Source: an uncultured Gammaproteobacteria bacterium (GTDB lineage Bacteria; Patescibacteriota; Microgenomatia; UBA1406; GWC2-37-13). From it: a stretch of 64,000 nt of DNA. The notes under the pieces are model-generated. The model worked only from the letters and a program-made list of their open reading frames with translations, was not told the origin of the DNA and searched no databases. The stretch is taken from positions 299-64,298 of the forward strand of contig CAYNFC010000007.1 of NCBI GenBank assembly GCA_964396395.1, given 5' to 3'. Numbering within the stretch: the first letter of the stretch is position 1; the number at the start of each line of letters is the position of its first letter. A program made the position numbers and the translations under genes. Below, in pieces: positions 1-8,792 of this stretch.

Positions 1-101
1 GTTTAAATTGTTGATAAAAATCAAGCTTACTTTTATAACTGAAGAGATTTCTTAATAGTGATGAGAAAAGAAATAAGAGTAAAAAGAGAAAAATTATATT
101 T

Positions 102-557
102 TTAATAAGTTTCATAGTCAGACAAAATCTTCATTATTCTCCCCGGGTCGGCTTTTAATTTAAGTTGTTTTATACAAATCCCAATAATAGCTTTTTGGTT
201 ATTATTAAAGACAGCTTGGTTTTCTTTAATGATTTTTTCTACTTCACCCTTAAGTTCTTCATCGCTGATTTCAGCCGGTAGGTAAAAGGAAATAATTTCC
301 AACTGTTTTTTACTGTCATCGGCCAAATCTTTTCTTTTACCTTTTTCAAAGGCCTCAATTGATTCTTTTAATTCTTTGGCAACTTTTTTTAAGACAACCA
401 AAGTTTCTTCATCTGTTAACTCTCCGCCAGCTGGCGGATTTTTATCAATCTCTTTATTTTTAATCTGTGCTAAAATGAAGCGAAGGATTTCCAATTTGGT
501 CTTATCTCCGCTTTTAAGAGCGGTCATCTGATCATCTTGAAGTTTTTGTCTTAACAT
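102..557 (-). CDS. GatB/YqeY domain-containing protein
   Basis: 151-aa ORF. N-terminal LRQKLQDD..TALKSGDK..LEILR and the helical Lys/Glu-rich composition match the YqeY/GatB C-terminal-domain family. Confidence 0.75.
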   Translation of the reverse strand: MLRQKLQDDQMTALKSGDKTKLEILRFILAQIKNKEIDKNPPAGGELTDEETLVVLKKVAKELKESIEAFEKGKRKDLADDSKKQLEIISFYLPAEISDEELKGEVEKIIKENQAVFNNNQKAIIGICIKQLKLKADPGRIMKILSDYETY

Positions 558-573
558 TTAATAATTATAGCTT

Positions 574-978
574 ATGAAAAGAAAAATAAATAAAGACATA
601 TTATCACTTTTTGGTAATATTCAGAAAATTATTTCCTCCAAACCAAAAATAAATCAAGCACTCGAGGAGATACAGATGATGAAATTTAAAATAAAACCAC
701 TTCAAGGCGACGTCTCGGCTTATAATTTAAAGAATGAAAGATTTATCGAAAGCCTTTGGAGCTTGGGAAAATTAGACGAATTTTTTCGTAAGGAGTTTCC
801 CCAATTATCAAAAAAAGAACAGGAAGTTTTTTTGAGATTTTTTGACAGTTTATATATTAAATATCAACAACAACTTAATCAAGTTAATCTTCAGCCGACC
901 AGAAGAATGACGGCAAAAACAGGATTGTTGGAACTGGAGATTTATAAAGAACGAAAGTTGAAAAAAAAAGTTAACTAG
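574..978 (+). CDS. hypothetical protein
   Basis: 134-aa ORF filling the gap between flanking genes. No recognisable motif. Confidence 0.45.
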   Translation: MKRKINKDILSLFGNIQKIISSKPKINQALEEIQMMKFKIKPLQGDVSAYNLKNERFIESLWSLGKLDEFFRKEFPQLSKKEQEVFLRFFDSLYIKYQQQLNQVNLQPTRRMTAKTGLLELEIYKERKLKKKVN

Positions 979-1003
979 TATTTATAGTGAACGAAGTCGA
1001 ACT

Positions 1004-1582
1004 ATGAAAAAATTTCCAGTTGTTATTGATTTAGAGACAAAGCATACATTCCGTGACTTTTCTGAACACGCAAAACTTGGCATTAGTGTTTTGGCATTAT
1101 TCAATTATGAAGATGGCTCCCAAAAAATTTTTATCGAAAAAGAACTAAATAATCTTTTTCCAATTTTGGAAAATAGCTCATATATAATCGGTTTTAACAT
1201 CAATAATTTTGACTTGCCGGTTCTTCAACCGTATTATCCGGGAGACATCAAACATTTCAAAACTTTTGACATTTTAGACGATATAAAAAAAATTTTAGGG
1301 AGAAGATTATCTTTGAATGATACGATCAGGGCGACTTTAGATAAGAAGAAGATTGGCCATGGACTGGAAGCGATTGAGTTTTATAAAGAAGGTAAATGGG
1401 ATGAGTTAAAAAAATATTGTATGGACGATGTAATGTTAACCAAAGAACTCTTTGAATATGGTGTTAACAACAAAAAAATTTCTTATTTGAATGAAAATGG
1501 AAAAGTTGATATTACGGTTGATTGGGTAAAATATTTAGAAGATGAAGGGGGGGAGGAGATGCCGTTGACATTACCATTTTAA
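1004..1582 (+). CDS. RNase H-fold 3'-5' exonuclease-like protein
   Basis: 192-aa ORF. VVIDLET (DxE, ExoI-like) near the N-terminus and YCMDD (Yx3D, ExoIII-like) near the C-terminus resemble DnaQ/PolB-type exonuclease domains. Confidence 0.55.
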   Translation: MKKFPVVIDLETKHTFRDFSEHAKLGISVLALFNYEDGSQKIFIEKELNNLFPILENSSYIIGFNINNFDLPVLQPYYPGDIKHFKTFDILDDIKKILGRRLSLNDTIRATLDKKKIGHGLEAIEFYKEGKWDELKKYCMDDVMLTKELFEYGVNNKKISYLNENGKVDITVDWVKYLEDEGGEEMPLTLPF

Positions 1583-1584
1583 AT

Positions 1585-2163
1585 ATGATAACACAAGAAG
1601 AAATAATCAAAATCAGAAAGCCAAAACCAGACTATCCAGTTATAAAAGAAATTGCTAATCGTTTTAGCCCGAGATATTTTTTAAATGAGAAAGTAAAAAA
1701 TAATGACATTAATTCAATATTTGAAGCAGCCCGTTTTGCACCTTCAGGATGGAATTTTCAGCCGTGGTATTTTTATTGGTCAAAAAATGGTGAACGGTCA
1801 TTTAATAAGATAGTTTCTTGTTTGGCGAAATACAATCGATATTCAGCATCAGCATCAGTTTTAGTCATTGGTTGTTTCATTAAGAAATTCAAGAGTAGGA
1901 AATCTTATTACCGTCACGATTTAGGAGCGGCGGTTTTGTCTTTAGTTTTACAAGCGCAATATTTAGGTTATTATTCTAGGCAAATGGGAAAATTTAATAA
2001 AAATAAATTAATAAAACTATTGAACATCGATAAAACCCATCATCCATTTGTTGTCATTGCTCTTGGCAAATTGGGAGATTACACAAATATAGATAGTGGA
2101 TTACTTAAGAGAGAATTAGATCCAAGGCCAAGAAAAAAAGATTTTGTCAAAAAGTTAAACTGA
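1585..2163 (+). CDS. nitroreductase family protein
   Basis: 192-aa ORF. RFSPRYF, ARFAPSGWNFQPW and the size are typical of the NADH oxidase/flavin nitroreductase family. Confidence 0.7.
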   Translation: MITQEEIIKIRKPKPDYPVIKEIANRFSPRYFLNEKVKNNDINSIFEAARFAPSGWNFQPWYFYWSKNGERSFNKIVSCLAKYNRYSASASVLVIGCFIKKFKSRKSYYRHDLGAAVLSLVLQAQYLGYYSRQMGKFNKNKLIKLLNIDKTHHPFVVIALGKLGDYTNIDSGLLKRELDPRPRKKDFVKKLN

Positions 2164-2212
2164 TTAAAAACTTCTTATAATAAACACTAAACCAATAATC
2201 GGACTGGCGCCG

Positions 2213-3139
2213 ATGGATGGAGTTACCGATGCTCCCTTTCGTTATATTACCGATGTTTATGGAAAACCTGACATTATTTATACGGAGTTTATTTCTGTTA
2301 AAGGCTTAATACTTGGCAAACCAGCCATCAATCGCATGCTCCTTAAACACAAAACCGATACGTTTACTGTAGCTCAATTTTTTGGGACGGAGCCGGAATA
2401 TTTTTATCAGGCGGCACTAGTCGCCCTGGAAAAAGGATTTGACGGAGTTGATATTAATATGGGTTGTCCGGATAGAAGCGTCTTTAATCGGGGAGGAGGA
2501 GCAGGATTAATTTTACAACCAAAACTTGCTAAAGAAATTATTTTATCGGTCAAAAAGGCCGTCAAAGAAGGAATAAAAAAATTTAAAATAAAAAAAGATA
2601 TTACAGTTTCGGTCAAAACCAGAACCGGTTATAGGGAACATAAGACAAAAGAATGGATAAACAATTTGTTGGAGGCAGAGCCGGACGTTATTTGTATTCA
2701 TGCCCGGACTTTTGCCCAGAAATATTCGGGCCTAGCTGATTGGAGCCAAATAGGAATTTCAGCTGAAATAGCCAAAAAAACCAAGACAAAAATATTTGGC
2801 AATGGAGATATAAAAAGTCGATCTGCAGCATTGGATAAAATTAAAGAATATGATCTGGCTGGAGTTTTGATTGGTCGAGCGGCATTAGGGAATCCTTGGA
2901 TATTCAAAGGAGTAATTCCATCAACTGTTGAGAGATTCAAAGTATTATTGGAGCACTGCAAAAAATTTACAGAATTTTTTCCGTCAGCTGACCTAAGCAT
3001 TATGAGAAAACATTTGGCCTGGTATGTAAAGGATTTTTATCATGCCGCTGAAGTTAGGAACGAACTGATGCAGGTAAATAGTGTTGATGACGTGAAAAAA
3101 ATATTATCGAAAATTATCTCCTCCACGGTCGTAGCATAG
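2213..3139 (+). CDS. tRNA-dihydrouridine synthase
   Basis: 308-aa ORF starting MDGVTDAPFR, with GVDINMGCP. These are classic Dus motifs. The upstream in-frame GLAP is also Dus-like, but no ATG/GTG/TTG start is available there, so the N-terminus is uncertain. Confidence 0.85.
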   Translation: MDGVTDAPFRYITDVYGKPDIIYTEFISVKGLILGKPAINRMLLKHKTDTFTVAQFFGTEPEYFYQAALVALEKGFDGVDINMGCPDRSVFNRGGGAGLILQPKLAKEIILSVKKAVKEGIKKFKIKKDITVSVKTRTGYREHKTKEWINNLLEAEPDVICIHARTFAQKYSGLADWSQIGISAEIAKKTKTKIFGNGDIKSRSAALDKIKEYDLAGVLIGRAALGNPWIFKGVIPSTVERFKVLLEHCKKFTEFFPSADLSIMRKHLAWYVKDFYHAAEVRNELMQVNSVDDVKKILSKIISSTVVA

Positions 3140-3142
3140 ATA
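3115..3142. repeat. 28-bp palindromic site, copy 1
   Basis: TATCTCCTCCA-CGGTCG-TAGCATAGATA. Overlaps the dus stop codon. Forms a doublet with copy 2, 58 bp start to start. Confidence 0.7.
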
Positions 3143-3172
3143 GAGTTTGAAGTTTTTTAACAATAAAAACTC

Positions 3173-3200
3173 TATTTTAAAAACGGCCGTCGCATAGATA
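3173..3200. repeat. 28-bp palindromic site, copy 2
   Basis: TATTTTAAAAA-CGGCCG-TCGCATAGATA. The left arm is degenerate. The right arm is shared with copy 1. Confidence 0.6.
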
Positions 3201-3384
3201 GATTATTTGAATCTTACAAAACCTTTGTTGAGATTAATTCAGTATTCCATTAAGAAGAACTAGATTTTTACTCAAGTTAGGAATATTTTTTACTTAAAAC
3301 CCAAAAAACTTATTAGAATTTTCTTAATTCTTTTCACAATTTTATTTTACACCAATGTTTAATCTAATAAGTAATTCAAGAGAT

Positions 3385-3954
3385 CTATTTTCTCTTAAGG
3401 TAATATAAAATGTGGAGAAAGGGGATAATTCCTAAATTTTTATCTTTAAATTGACGGCTTTCTTCAATTTTAAATCCATGTTTTTTAAATATTTCTCTCC
3501 ACTCTTTATCTATTTTGTATGAGTTCCAAAAAGCATCCAACCTTAAATTTCCGATCGCATCTGAAATTACAGTAAATATTTTATTTACAGGACTTGTATA
3601 TGAAGTCTCAATTATTACTAACTCATCTGCTACCCGAGCGGCTTCTTTAAATACTAACTCAGGACTTGTTGTATGGTGTAAAACCATTAGTAATAATGCC
3701 GTATCAAACGATTTATTTTTAAAAGGAAGAATCTTACCATCATAGATAGTTGTTTTAACCAGTCTTAGTCCATGAAAATTACCAACGTCAACAGGTGTAA
3801 TTTTTTTACCCTTTTTTTGTAATAAATAAGCTACGTCACCAGTACCAGAACCAATATCAATAATTTTTTTGGACCCTTTTAAATAAGAGAAAATTCTTTG
3901 AACTACTATTTCCGATCGGCCTCTCACCAATTTTTGAATTATTGAACTTAACAT
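3385..3954 (-). CDS. class I SAM-dependent methyltransferase
   Basis: 189-aa ORF with motif I IIDIGSGTGDV and the post-I acidic residue (PVD). The LLLMVLHH region is typical of Methyltransf_11/25-like proteins. Confidence 0.75.
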   Translation of the reverse strand: MLSSIIQKLVRGRSEIVVQRIFSYLKGSKKIIDIGSGTGDVAYLLQKKGKKITPVDVGNFHGLRLVKTTIYDGKILPFKNKSFDTALLLMVLHHTTSPELVFKEAARVADELVIIETSYTSPVNKIFTVISDAIGNLRLDAFWNSYKIDKEWREIFKKHGFKIEESRQFKDKNLGIIPFLHILYYLKRK

Positions 3955-4026
3955 AAAGTAATAACATTATATTAAGATATTTATACCCTAGAATACAGGA
4001 AAAAAGTGATAAAGATATGAATAAAA

Positions 4027-4098
4027 TTATTTTTCCCACTTCGAAATGGAAAGGTCAACGCGATGACAGGGGACTTGGGGAGTGTTAGGATTATTTTT
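4027..4098 (-). pseudogene. internally deleted MGMT gene relic (copy B)
   Basis: Minus-strand reading gives KNNPNTPQVPCHRV-DLSISKWEK*. This is the MGMT active-site segment fused directly to the C-terminal tail. The deletion junction is the same as in relic A. Confidence 0.75.
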
Positions 4099-4742
4099 TA
4101 TAAAATAAAACGGCATGGGATTTTAATTTTCAATCGACCAATTCTCAGAAAAACATTATTTACAATATTATTTAACTTTTCTCTATCAACTATTTTTTTA
4201 AGTTGCTGTAAGTCAGATCTTCTTTGCTCAATATTTTTTCTTACGAAAAATCCCCAAGTTTTTAACCCAAAGCTATAAATACAATATAGAGTTTCTGGAG
4301 AAACGGTTTTTAAACTTATGCCTTCAAACGACGAGTCAATAACCCCACCGGAGGGAAAAGAAAATTTAATACTAGGGTATAATTCAACCAGAATCTCCTT
4401 TTTTAAGCCACCAAAATTAGAAGTCATTATTTCCAAATTTTTTCCATTTTTTTCAAATCGAAAATATTTTGACAGAGCTATTTTTTTAAGACGATTGTAA
4501 AAAGGAAATTTTTCATCAATAAAGGTATATTGTTCATAACCAAGTTTTAATAAATTATTTCTTATAATATCAAAATTTTTAATATCACAAATAATATCAA
4601 TATCTTTAATTTTTCTTTGATAACTATTTTTTATAAACGATAATAAAGACACTGAACCAATACAAAAATATTGCCGATCAGACGGAATTGAATCGATAAA
4701 ATCTCTTAAAGTAGAGGCAACCCATTTATTATCTAAATTCAT
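4098..4742 (-). CDS. hypothetical protein, possible minimal nucleotidyltransferase fold
   Basis: 214-aa ORF. IGSVSLL...KIKDIDIICD loosely fits the hG[GS]-x(n)-DhD pol-beta NTase signature. The stop codon lies inside MGMT relic B. Confidence 0.4.
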   Translation of the reverse strand: MNLDNKWVASTLRDFIDSIPSDRQYFCIGSVSLLSFIKNSYQRKIKDIDIICDIKNFDIIRNNLLKLGYEQYTFIDEKFPFYNRLKKIALSKYFRFEKNGKNLEIMTSNFGGLKKEILVELYPSIKFSFPSGGVIDSSFEGISLKTVSPETLYCIYSFGLKTWGFFVRKNIEQRRSDLQQLKKIVDREKLNNIVNNVFLRIGRLKIKIPCRFIL

Positions 4743-4789
4743 AAATCAATTTTACACCAACAAACAACACCCGGTGTTCAAAGCTATAT

Positions 4790-4817
4790 TATCTTGTAGA
4801 CGGCCGTCTTTAAGATA
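4790..4817. repeat. 28-bp palindromic site, copy 3
   Basis: TATCTTGTAGA-CGGCCG-TCTTTAAGATA. Lies 48 bp upstream of the 4742 start codon (minus strand). Confidence 0.8.
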
Positions 4818-4834
4818 ATAATTTAACAATAAAA

Positions 4835-4912
4835 TTATTTTTCCCACTTTGAAATAAAAAGATCGACCCGGTGGCAGGGGACGATGGGAGCATCAGGATT
4901 ATTTTTCAAAAA
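4835..4912 (-). pseudogene. internally deleted MGMT gene relic (copy A)
   Basis: Minus-strand reading gives FLKNNPDAPIVPCHRV-DLFISKWEK*. Nucleotide identity to 6412-6717 and 8292-8525 is clear across ...ggcaggggacgat.ggagcatcaggattattttt. Confidence 0.8.
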
Positions 4913-6086
4913 GAAAATACAGAAGCTTATCTACTATGTTTCTGATTGCAGCTGCTCCTTTGACTTCAGGTGGAGGACCTAATGAAGAATTTTGTGGAGG
5001 TAGGCCTTGGTTTTGCTGTTCTGGTGGAGGTCCTTGATCTGGGGGCGGACCCTGACGTTCTTGAGAATTTTCCAGAAGACGGAATTCTTCATTCCTTCTT
5101 TCCTGAGGATTAGGTGGTTGTCCCTCACCTTGGCATTTATCAGGATTATCTCGGCAGAATGTGTCGCGGGACTTTGGTGAGTTTGTAAAATCTTGTGGTT
5201 GACCACCACTAAATTGTTCTTTACACTTCTCGGGATTTTCTTTGCATAGTTTTTCCATTTCTTCTCGCTTTATTCCTTCTGGTGGTTTGCCTCGTTCTTC
5301 TTCTTTCCCTTCTGGGCCCGGTCCGAATTTTTGACATTCTGACGGATTTTTTTCACAGTATTCTTTACATGATGATTCACTATTGCATCCACCTGGTCCT
5401 TTAAATCCTTCTTGTGGCGGCCCACCACGGCGTTCTTGGCCTTCAGGCGGTTTGAATTTAGAACATTCATTAAAATTATCAGGACTGGAACAAAATGCTT
5501 TACAGGATTCTTCGGAATTACAACCACCAGGACCTCTTTTTTCTTCGCCTCCTTTCAATCCAGTTTGTTTGGCAAACTCTGAGCATTTTTGCCGATTCCC
5601 TTCCTGTTCACAGATTGATTTGCAGGTTTGGGGTGAATCACACCCTAGAATTTCTTTTGCTTTCGTAAGAATCTCCTGATTCTTTGGGCTCAATATTTGC
5701 TCTTTCACCAACCCTGTTTTTTTTGCAAAGTTGGTACATTTCTCAAAATTTTCCTCTTTTTCGCATATGTTTTTACATTCGGTTTCCGAACTACAACCCA
5801 GCTCTGTTTTTGCATGTGTTAATATCTCATCGGTTTTTCGTTCCTCATAAAATCCTTTTTGTTTGGCATACTGAATACAGGCGTCGCGATGAGTTTCGCC
5901 TTCACAATAGTTATGGCAGCTTGTATAGTCGGTACAGTTTCCGAGGCTTGTAATCGGATAGGTGATGCCATACTTTTTAGCAGCATCTTCATTTGTTGCC
6001 TGACCTTTTACTAATGGAGGCGGATAGAAAAAGAAAGCGGTAAATAATAAAAAAAGAAATAATTGACGGATTAATATGTGTTTCAT
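4899..6086 (-). CDS. secreted Cys-rich repeat protein with Pro/Gly/Gln/Glu-rich tail
   Basis: 395-aa ORF with an N-terminal hydrophobic signal (LFLFLLFTAFFF). It has at least five copies of a GC-x3-(S/E)C-x3-C-x6-8-C-x2-(F/Y)AK-type module. The C-terminus is low-complexity, and the last codons run into MGMT relic A. Confidence 0.7.
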   Translation of the reverse strand: MKHILIRQLFLFLLFTAFFFYPPPLVKGQATNEDAAKKYGITYPITSLGNCTDYTSCHNYCEGETHRDACIQYAKQKGFYEERKTDEILTHAKTELGCSSETECKNICEKEENFEKCTNFAKKTGLVKEQILSPKNQEILTKAKEILGCDSPQTCKSICEQEGNRQKCSEFAKQTGLKGGEEKRGPGGCNSEESCKAFCSSPDNFNECSKFKPPEGQERRGGPPQEGFKGPGGCNSESSCKEYCEKNPSECQKFGPGPEGKEEERGKPPEGIKREEMEKLCKENPEKCKEQFSGGQPQDFTNSPKSRDTFCRDNPDKCQGEGQPPNPQERRNEEFRLLENSQERQGPPPDQGPPPEQQNQGLPPQNSSLGPPPEVKGAAAIRNIVDKLLYFLFEK

Positions 6087-6424
6087 TTTAGATTGTCAAA
6101 TGGATTGGTATTTTTGGAAAACGGGTTTTGATACTGGGTTTTTTCGCTAAACGGATTTTCATATTTTGTCTCCATCGGAACATTCATTTTGTTTTCAACC
6201 TGAGTGGTTGGTGTTGGAGAATTTGTAAAAATAAATAACCCAACTACAATAAAAATAAGAAGTACAAATACTTCAATAACAAAAACTAGTTTTAAACGAC
6301 TGGGTTTTATTGGCTGAGTGATTGGTTGGGCAACGTCATCCACCATAGTACCACTATTACATAAATAAACGAAGTTGTCAATTGTCAAAATTTGTTTTTC
6401 TTTATCTTTAATTATTTTTTCCAC
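6083..6424 (-). CDS. single-pass membrane protein
   Basis: 113-aa ORF with one TM segment (LKLVFVIEVFVLLIFIVVGLFIF). It overlaps the upstream MGMT gene by 13 nt and the downstream gene by 4 nt (ATGA), suggesting translational coupling. Confidence 0.55.
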   Translation of the reverse strand: MEKIIKDKEKQILTIDNFVYLCNSGTMVDDVAQPITQPIKPSRLKLVFVIEVFVLLIFIVVGLFIFTNSPTPTTQVENKMNVPMETKYENPFSEKTQYQNPFSKNTNPFDNLK

Positions 6425-6717
6425 CCAGAAATGAAAAGATTAACTTTGTTATTTTTAAAACACACACCTTCTTTTAAAAGCATTTTTTTCTTTTGAGTAA
6501 TTCCTCCAATTCCCGAGTATCCGGTTAGTTTTCCGTCACTAGCGACGACTCGATAGCAGGGGACAATCGGGGCATCAGGATTATTTTTCATGAATGTTCC
6601 GACGGCCCGGGATGCTTTTGGTTTCCCGGCCAGCCCTGCCAGTTGACCATATGTGGCGACTTTACCTTCTGGAATAGAACGGCAGATTTTATAAACTTTT
6701 TCTTTAAATAAAGACAT
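6412..6717 (-). CDS. MGMT-family (methylated-DNA--protein-cysteine methyltransferase DNA-binding domain) protein, PCYR variant
   Basis: 101-aa ORF. VYKICRSIPEGKVATYGQLA...SRAVGTFMKNNPDAPIVPCYRVV is the MGMT C-terminal domain. The canonical PCHR reads PCYR here. Confidence 0.85.
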   Translation of the reverse strand: MSLFKEKVYKICRSIPEGKVATYGQLAGLAGKPKASRAVGTFMKNNPDAPIVPCYRVVASDGKLTGYSGIGGITQKKKMLLKEGVCFKNNKVNLFISGWKK

Positions 6718-6720
6718 ACA

Positions 6721-7227
6721 TTAATTAACCCTGTTTGTAAGTTTTGAGCGAAGTTCTCTGAAATAAAAAATGGCCTGACATACTTCTTTTGCCATTTCGT
6801 TTTCAGGATCAGTTTTGAGAGCTTTATTTACAAATAATAACGCCTGATTTTCATTTCCTTCTTTATTTTCAAGAACAGCCAAATCACATAATATTTGAAT
6901 ATCTTCAGGAAAAAGATGGTGAGCTTTTTTCATTAATTCCCTTCCAATATTTGGACTACCATTCATAAAATGAGTCCAACCTAAAAGATATAAAATTCTT
7001 GGATTGTTGGGAAGAAGTTTATCAGCTTTTGATAAAAAACTAATTGATTCAATAAACCGTTCTTGTTTACATAAGGCTTCTCCTAGAAGATAATAAGCCT
7101 CAGGATTTTTTTGATTAAATTTTATTGCTTGACGAAGTATCTTTTCTGCCTCTTCCCATCTTGCCAGTTCAAGACATTTATCCGCTTGTTTTATTAACTT
7201 TTTTACATTAGTTTTATTGTTTTTCAT
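6721..7227 (-). CDS. tetratricopeptide repeat protein
   Basis: 168-aa ORF with repeated WEEAEKILRQAIKFNQKNPEAYYLLGEAL-type 34-residue TPR units. Confidence 0.8.
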   Translation of the reverse strand: MKNNKTNVKKLIKQADKCLELARWEEAEKILRQAIKFNQKNPEAYYLLGEALCKQERFIESISFLSKADKLLPNNPRILYLLGWTHFMNGSPNIGRELMKKAHHLFPEDIQILCDLAVLENKEGNENQALLFVNKALKTDPENEMAKEVCQAIFYFRELRSKLTNRVN

Positions 7228-7235
7228 GACAAAAC

Positions 7236-8270
7236 TTACTTTTTATTTAAAATATAATATGATCCTTTACTTTTTCCCTTCATCATAATTAAGTCATGTT
7301 TTATCAGTTTTTTAAAATCAAGATGTCTAGTTGCTCGTGCTCTTTTAACTAATTTTGAATACTGACGATCGGTAATAAATCCTTTTTGTTTTATAGATTC
7401 CAAAATCTTCAAATGGTATGGTTGTAGTTGGGTTTTGGGACTTATTGCTTGTTGAGGAAGCAACTTTTCAACTCGTAGCAATTCATCGATAATTCCATCA
7501 GTAAAATATTCAAGCCATAAAGTAAAATCGACTGTTGGATATATATCATAATAATTTCCCCTGACTCCAACCATTTCAAAATATTTAGTGACGTTTTTGT
7601 TATAGTAATTTTCAAAGCTAAACAGATTAAAAGTATCTAATCCCATTTCGGCCAGAAGTATTTTGGTTGCCAGTCGGGTTGTTCTTCCGTTTCCATCCAT
7701 AAAAGGATGAATGATAACCATTTGCTTATGAAAAATACCAGCCAATATTAATGGGTCAATAATATTTTTATTTGATTTTACAAAATTAACAAGATCTGTA
7801 ATGAGTTTTTGGACATCTTTATGATCAGGCGGCCAATAAATGGTTTTTTGCGATTGCGGATCATTGACAAAGACAGCGTCTTGACGAAATTGTCCGGACT
7901 GAAATGTTGGGAGAAGTTTATGGGTTACTTTTTCTTGAATTGTTAAGATAAAATCAAGATTAAAAATAATAATTTCTTTTTCAAGCTTTATATTAATTTC
8001 TTTTAATATTTCGTTGTAGTTTAATACTTCCTGCTCACTCTCACGGATATTTTGAGGCCTTGTTTTTAGTATCTCTTTAACATTAGTTAGCGGGAGCGGA
8101 TTGCCTTCAATGCTGGTTGAGGCATAAGTAGAGATTTCCTCTGCATTTCTTTGCAATTCTGCTAAAACCACATGGGGAAAACGGTGTAAATTAAGATCGT
8201 TGACAAGTTCGTTGATTCGCTTAATATTTGCAAGTAATTTATTCGTAATAGTGTATTTTGGTTTAAACAT
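7236..8270 (-). CDS. Fic family protein with C-terminal winged-helix region
   Basis: 344-aa ORF containing the Fic motif HPFMDGNGRTTR (HxFx[DE]GNGRxxR). Confidence 0.9.
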   Translation of the reverse strand: MFKPKYTITNKLLANIKRINELVNDLNLHRFPHVVLAELQRNAEEISTYASTSIEGNPLPLTNVKEILKTRPQNIRESEQEVLNYNEILKEINIKLEKEIIIFNLDFILTIQEKVTHKLLPTFQSGQFRQDAVFVNDPQSQKTIYWPPDHKDVQKLITDLVNFVKSNKNIIDPLILAGIFHKQMVIIHPFMDGNGRTTRLATKILLAEMGLDTFNLFSFENYYNKNVTKYFEMVGVRGNYYDIYPTVDFTLWLEYFTDGIIDELLRVEKLLPQQAISPKTQLQPYHLKILESIKQKGFITDRQYSKLVKRARATRHLDFKKLIKHDLIMMKGKSKGSYYILNKK

Positions 8271-8291
8271 TAGACATATTATAGACGAATA

Positions 8292-8525
8292 TTAGACAAA
8301 AGTAAAGACTGATTTTTTATTTCTTCTGAGTAATTCCACCATTCCGTTACTGGCAACGACTCGGTGGCAGGGGACGATCGGAGCATCAGGATTATTTTTC
8401 ATGAAAGAACCAACAGCCCGGGCAGCTTTTGGTTTCCCAGCCAATCTGGCAATCTGTCCATAAGTAACGACTTTTCCTTTCGGAATGGAACGGCAGATTT
8501 TATAAACTTTTTCTTTGAAATTCAT
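8292..8525 (-). pseudogene. truncated/frameshifted MGMT-family gene
   Basis: 77-aa ORF identical in pattern to 6412-6717 up to PCHRVVASNG. A short deletion relative to the full copy (loss of the KLTGYSGI-equivalent codons) then shifts the frame. GGITQKK is still visible out of frame. Confidence 0.7.
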
Positions 8526-8792
8526 AAGGAAATAAGAATTAGTCCGGCGAGGATGCCGGCAATGCCGAAGTATTGATTGGGTTTGATTTTTTCTTAGAAA
8601 ATAATATCAAACCTGATAAAAACACCAATAAGAAAAAACTAACCAATTACCTTAGCTGATGATGCCAATAAAAATATCGCCACTTCCCAAAGTGTCATCG
8701 TCGCCAACCCCATCACTATACCCATATTTATTTATATTATTATAACGCTATTTTTTTCCATTCATCAACAAGTTGAATATTAAAAGATAATT

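Noticed and set aside
2407-3000. Antisense ORFs 2407-2616 and 2698-3000 inside the dus gene. Similar nested or antisense ORFs occur elsewhere, for example 3515-3745, 5383-5953, 13085-13564, 23985-24596, 25125-25542, 32176-33019, 42978-43659 and 57387-57932.
   Set aside because: Each lies wholly within a longer ORF that has clear family motifs. Their translations are low-complexity or motif-free, so they are best explained as chance frames opposite real genes.
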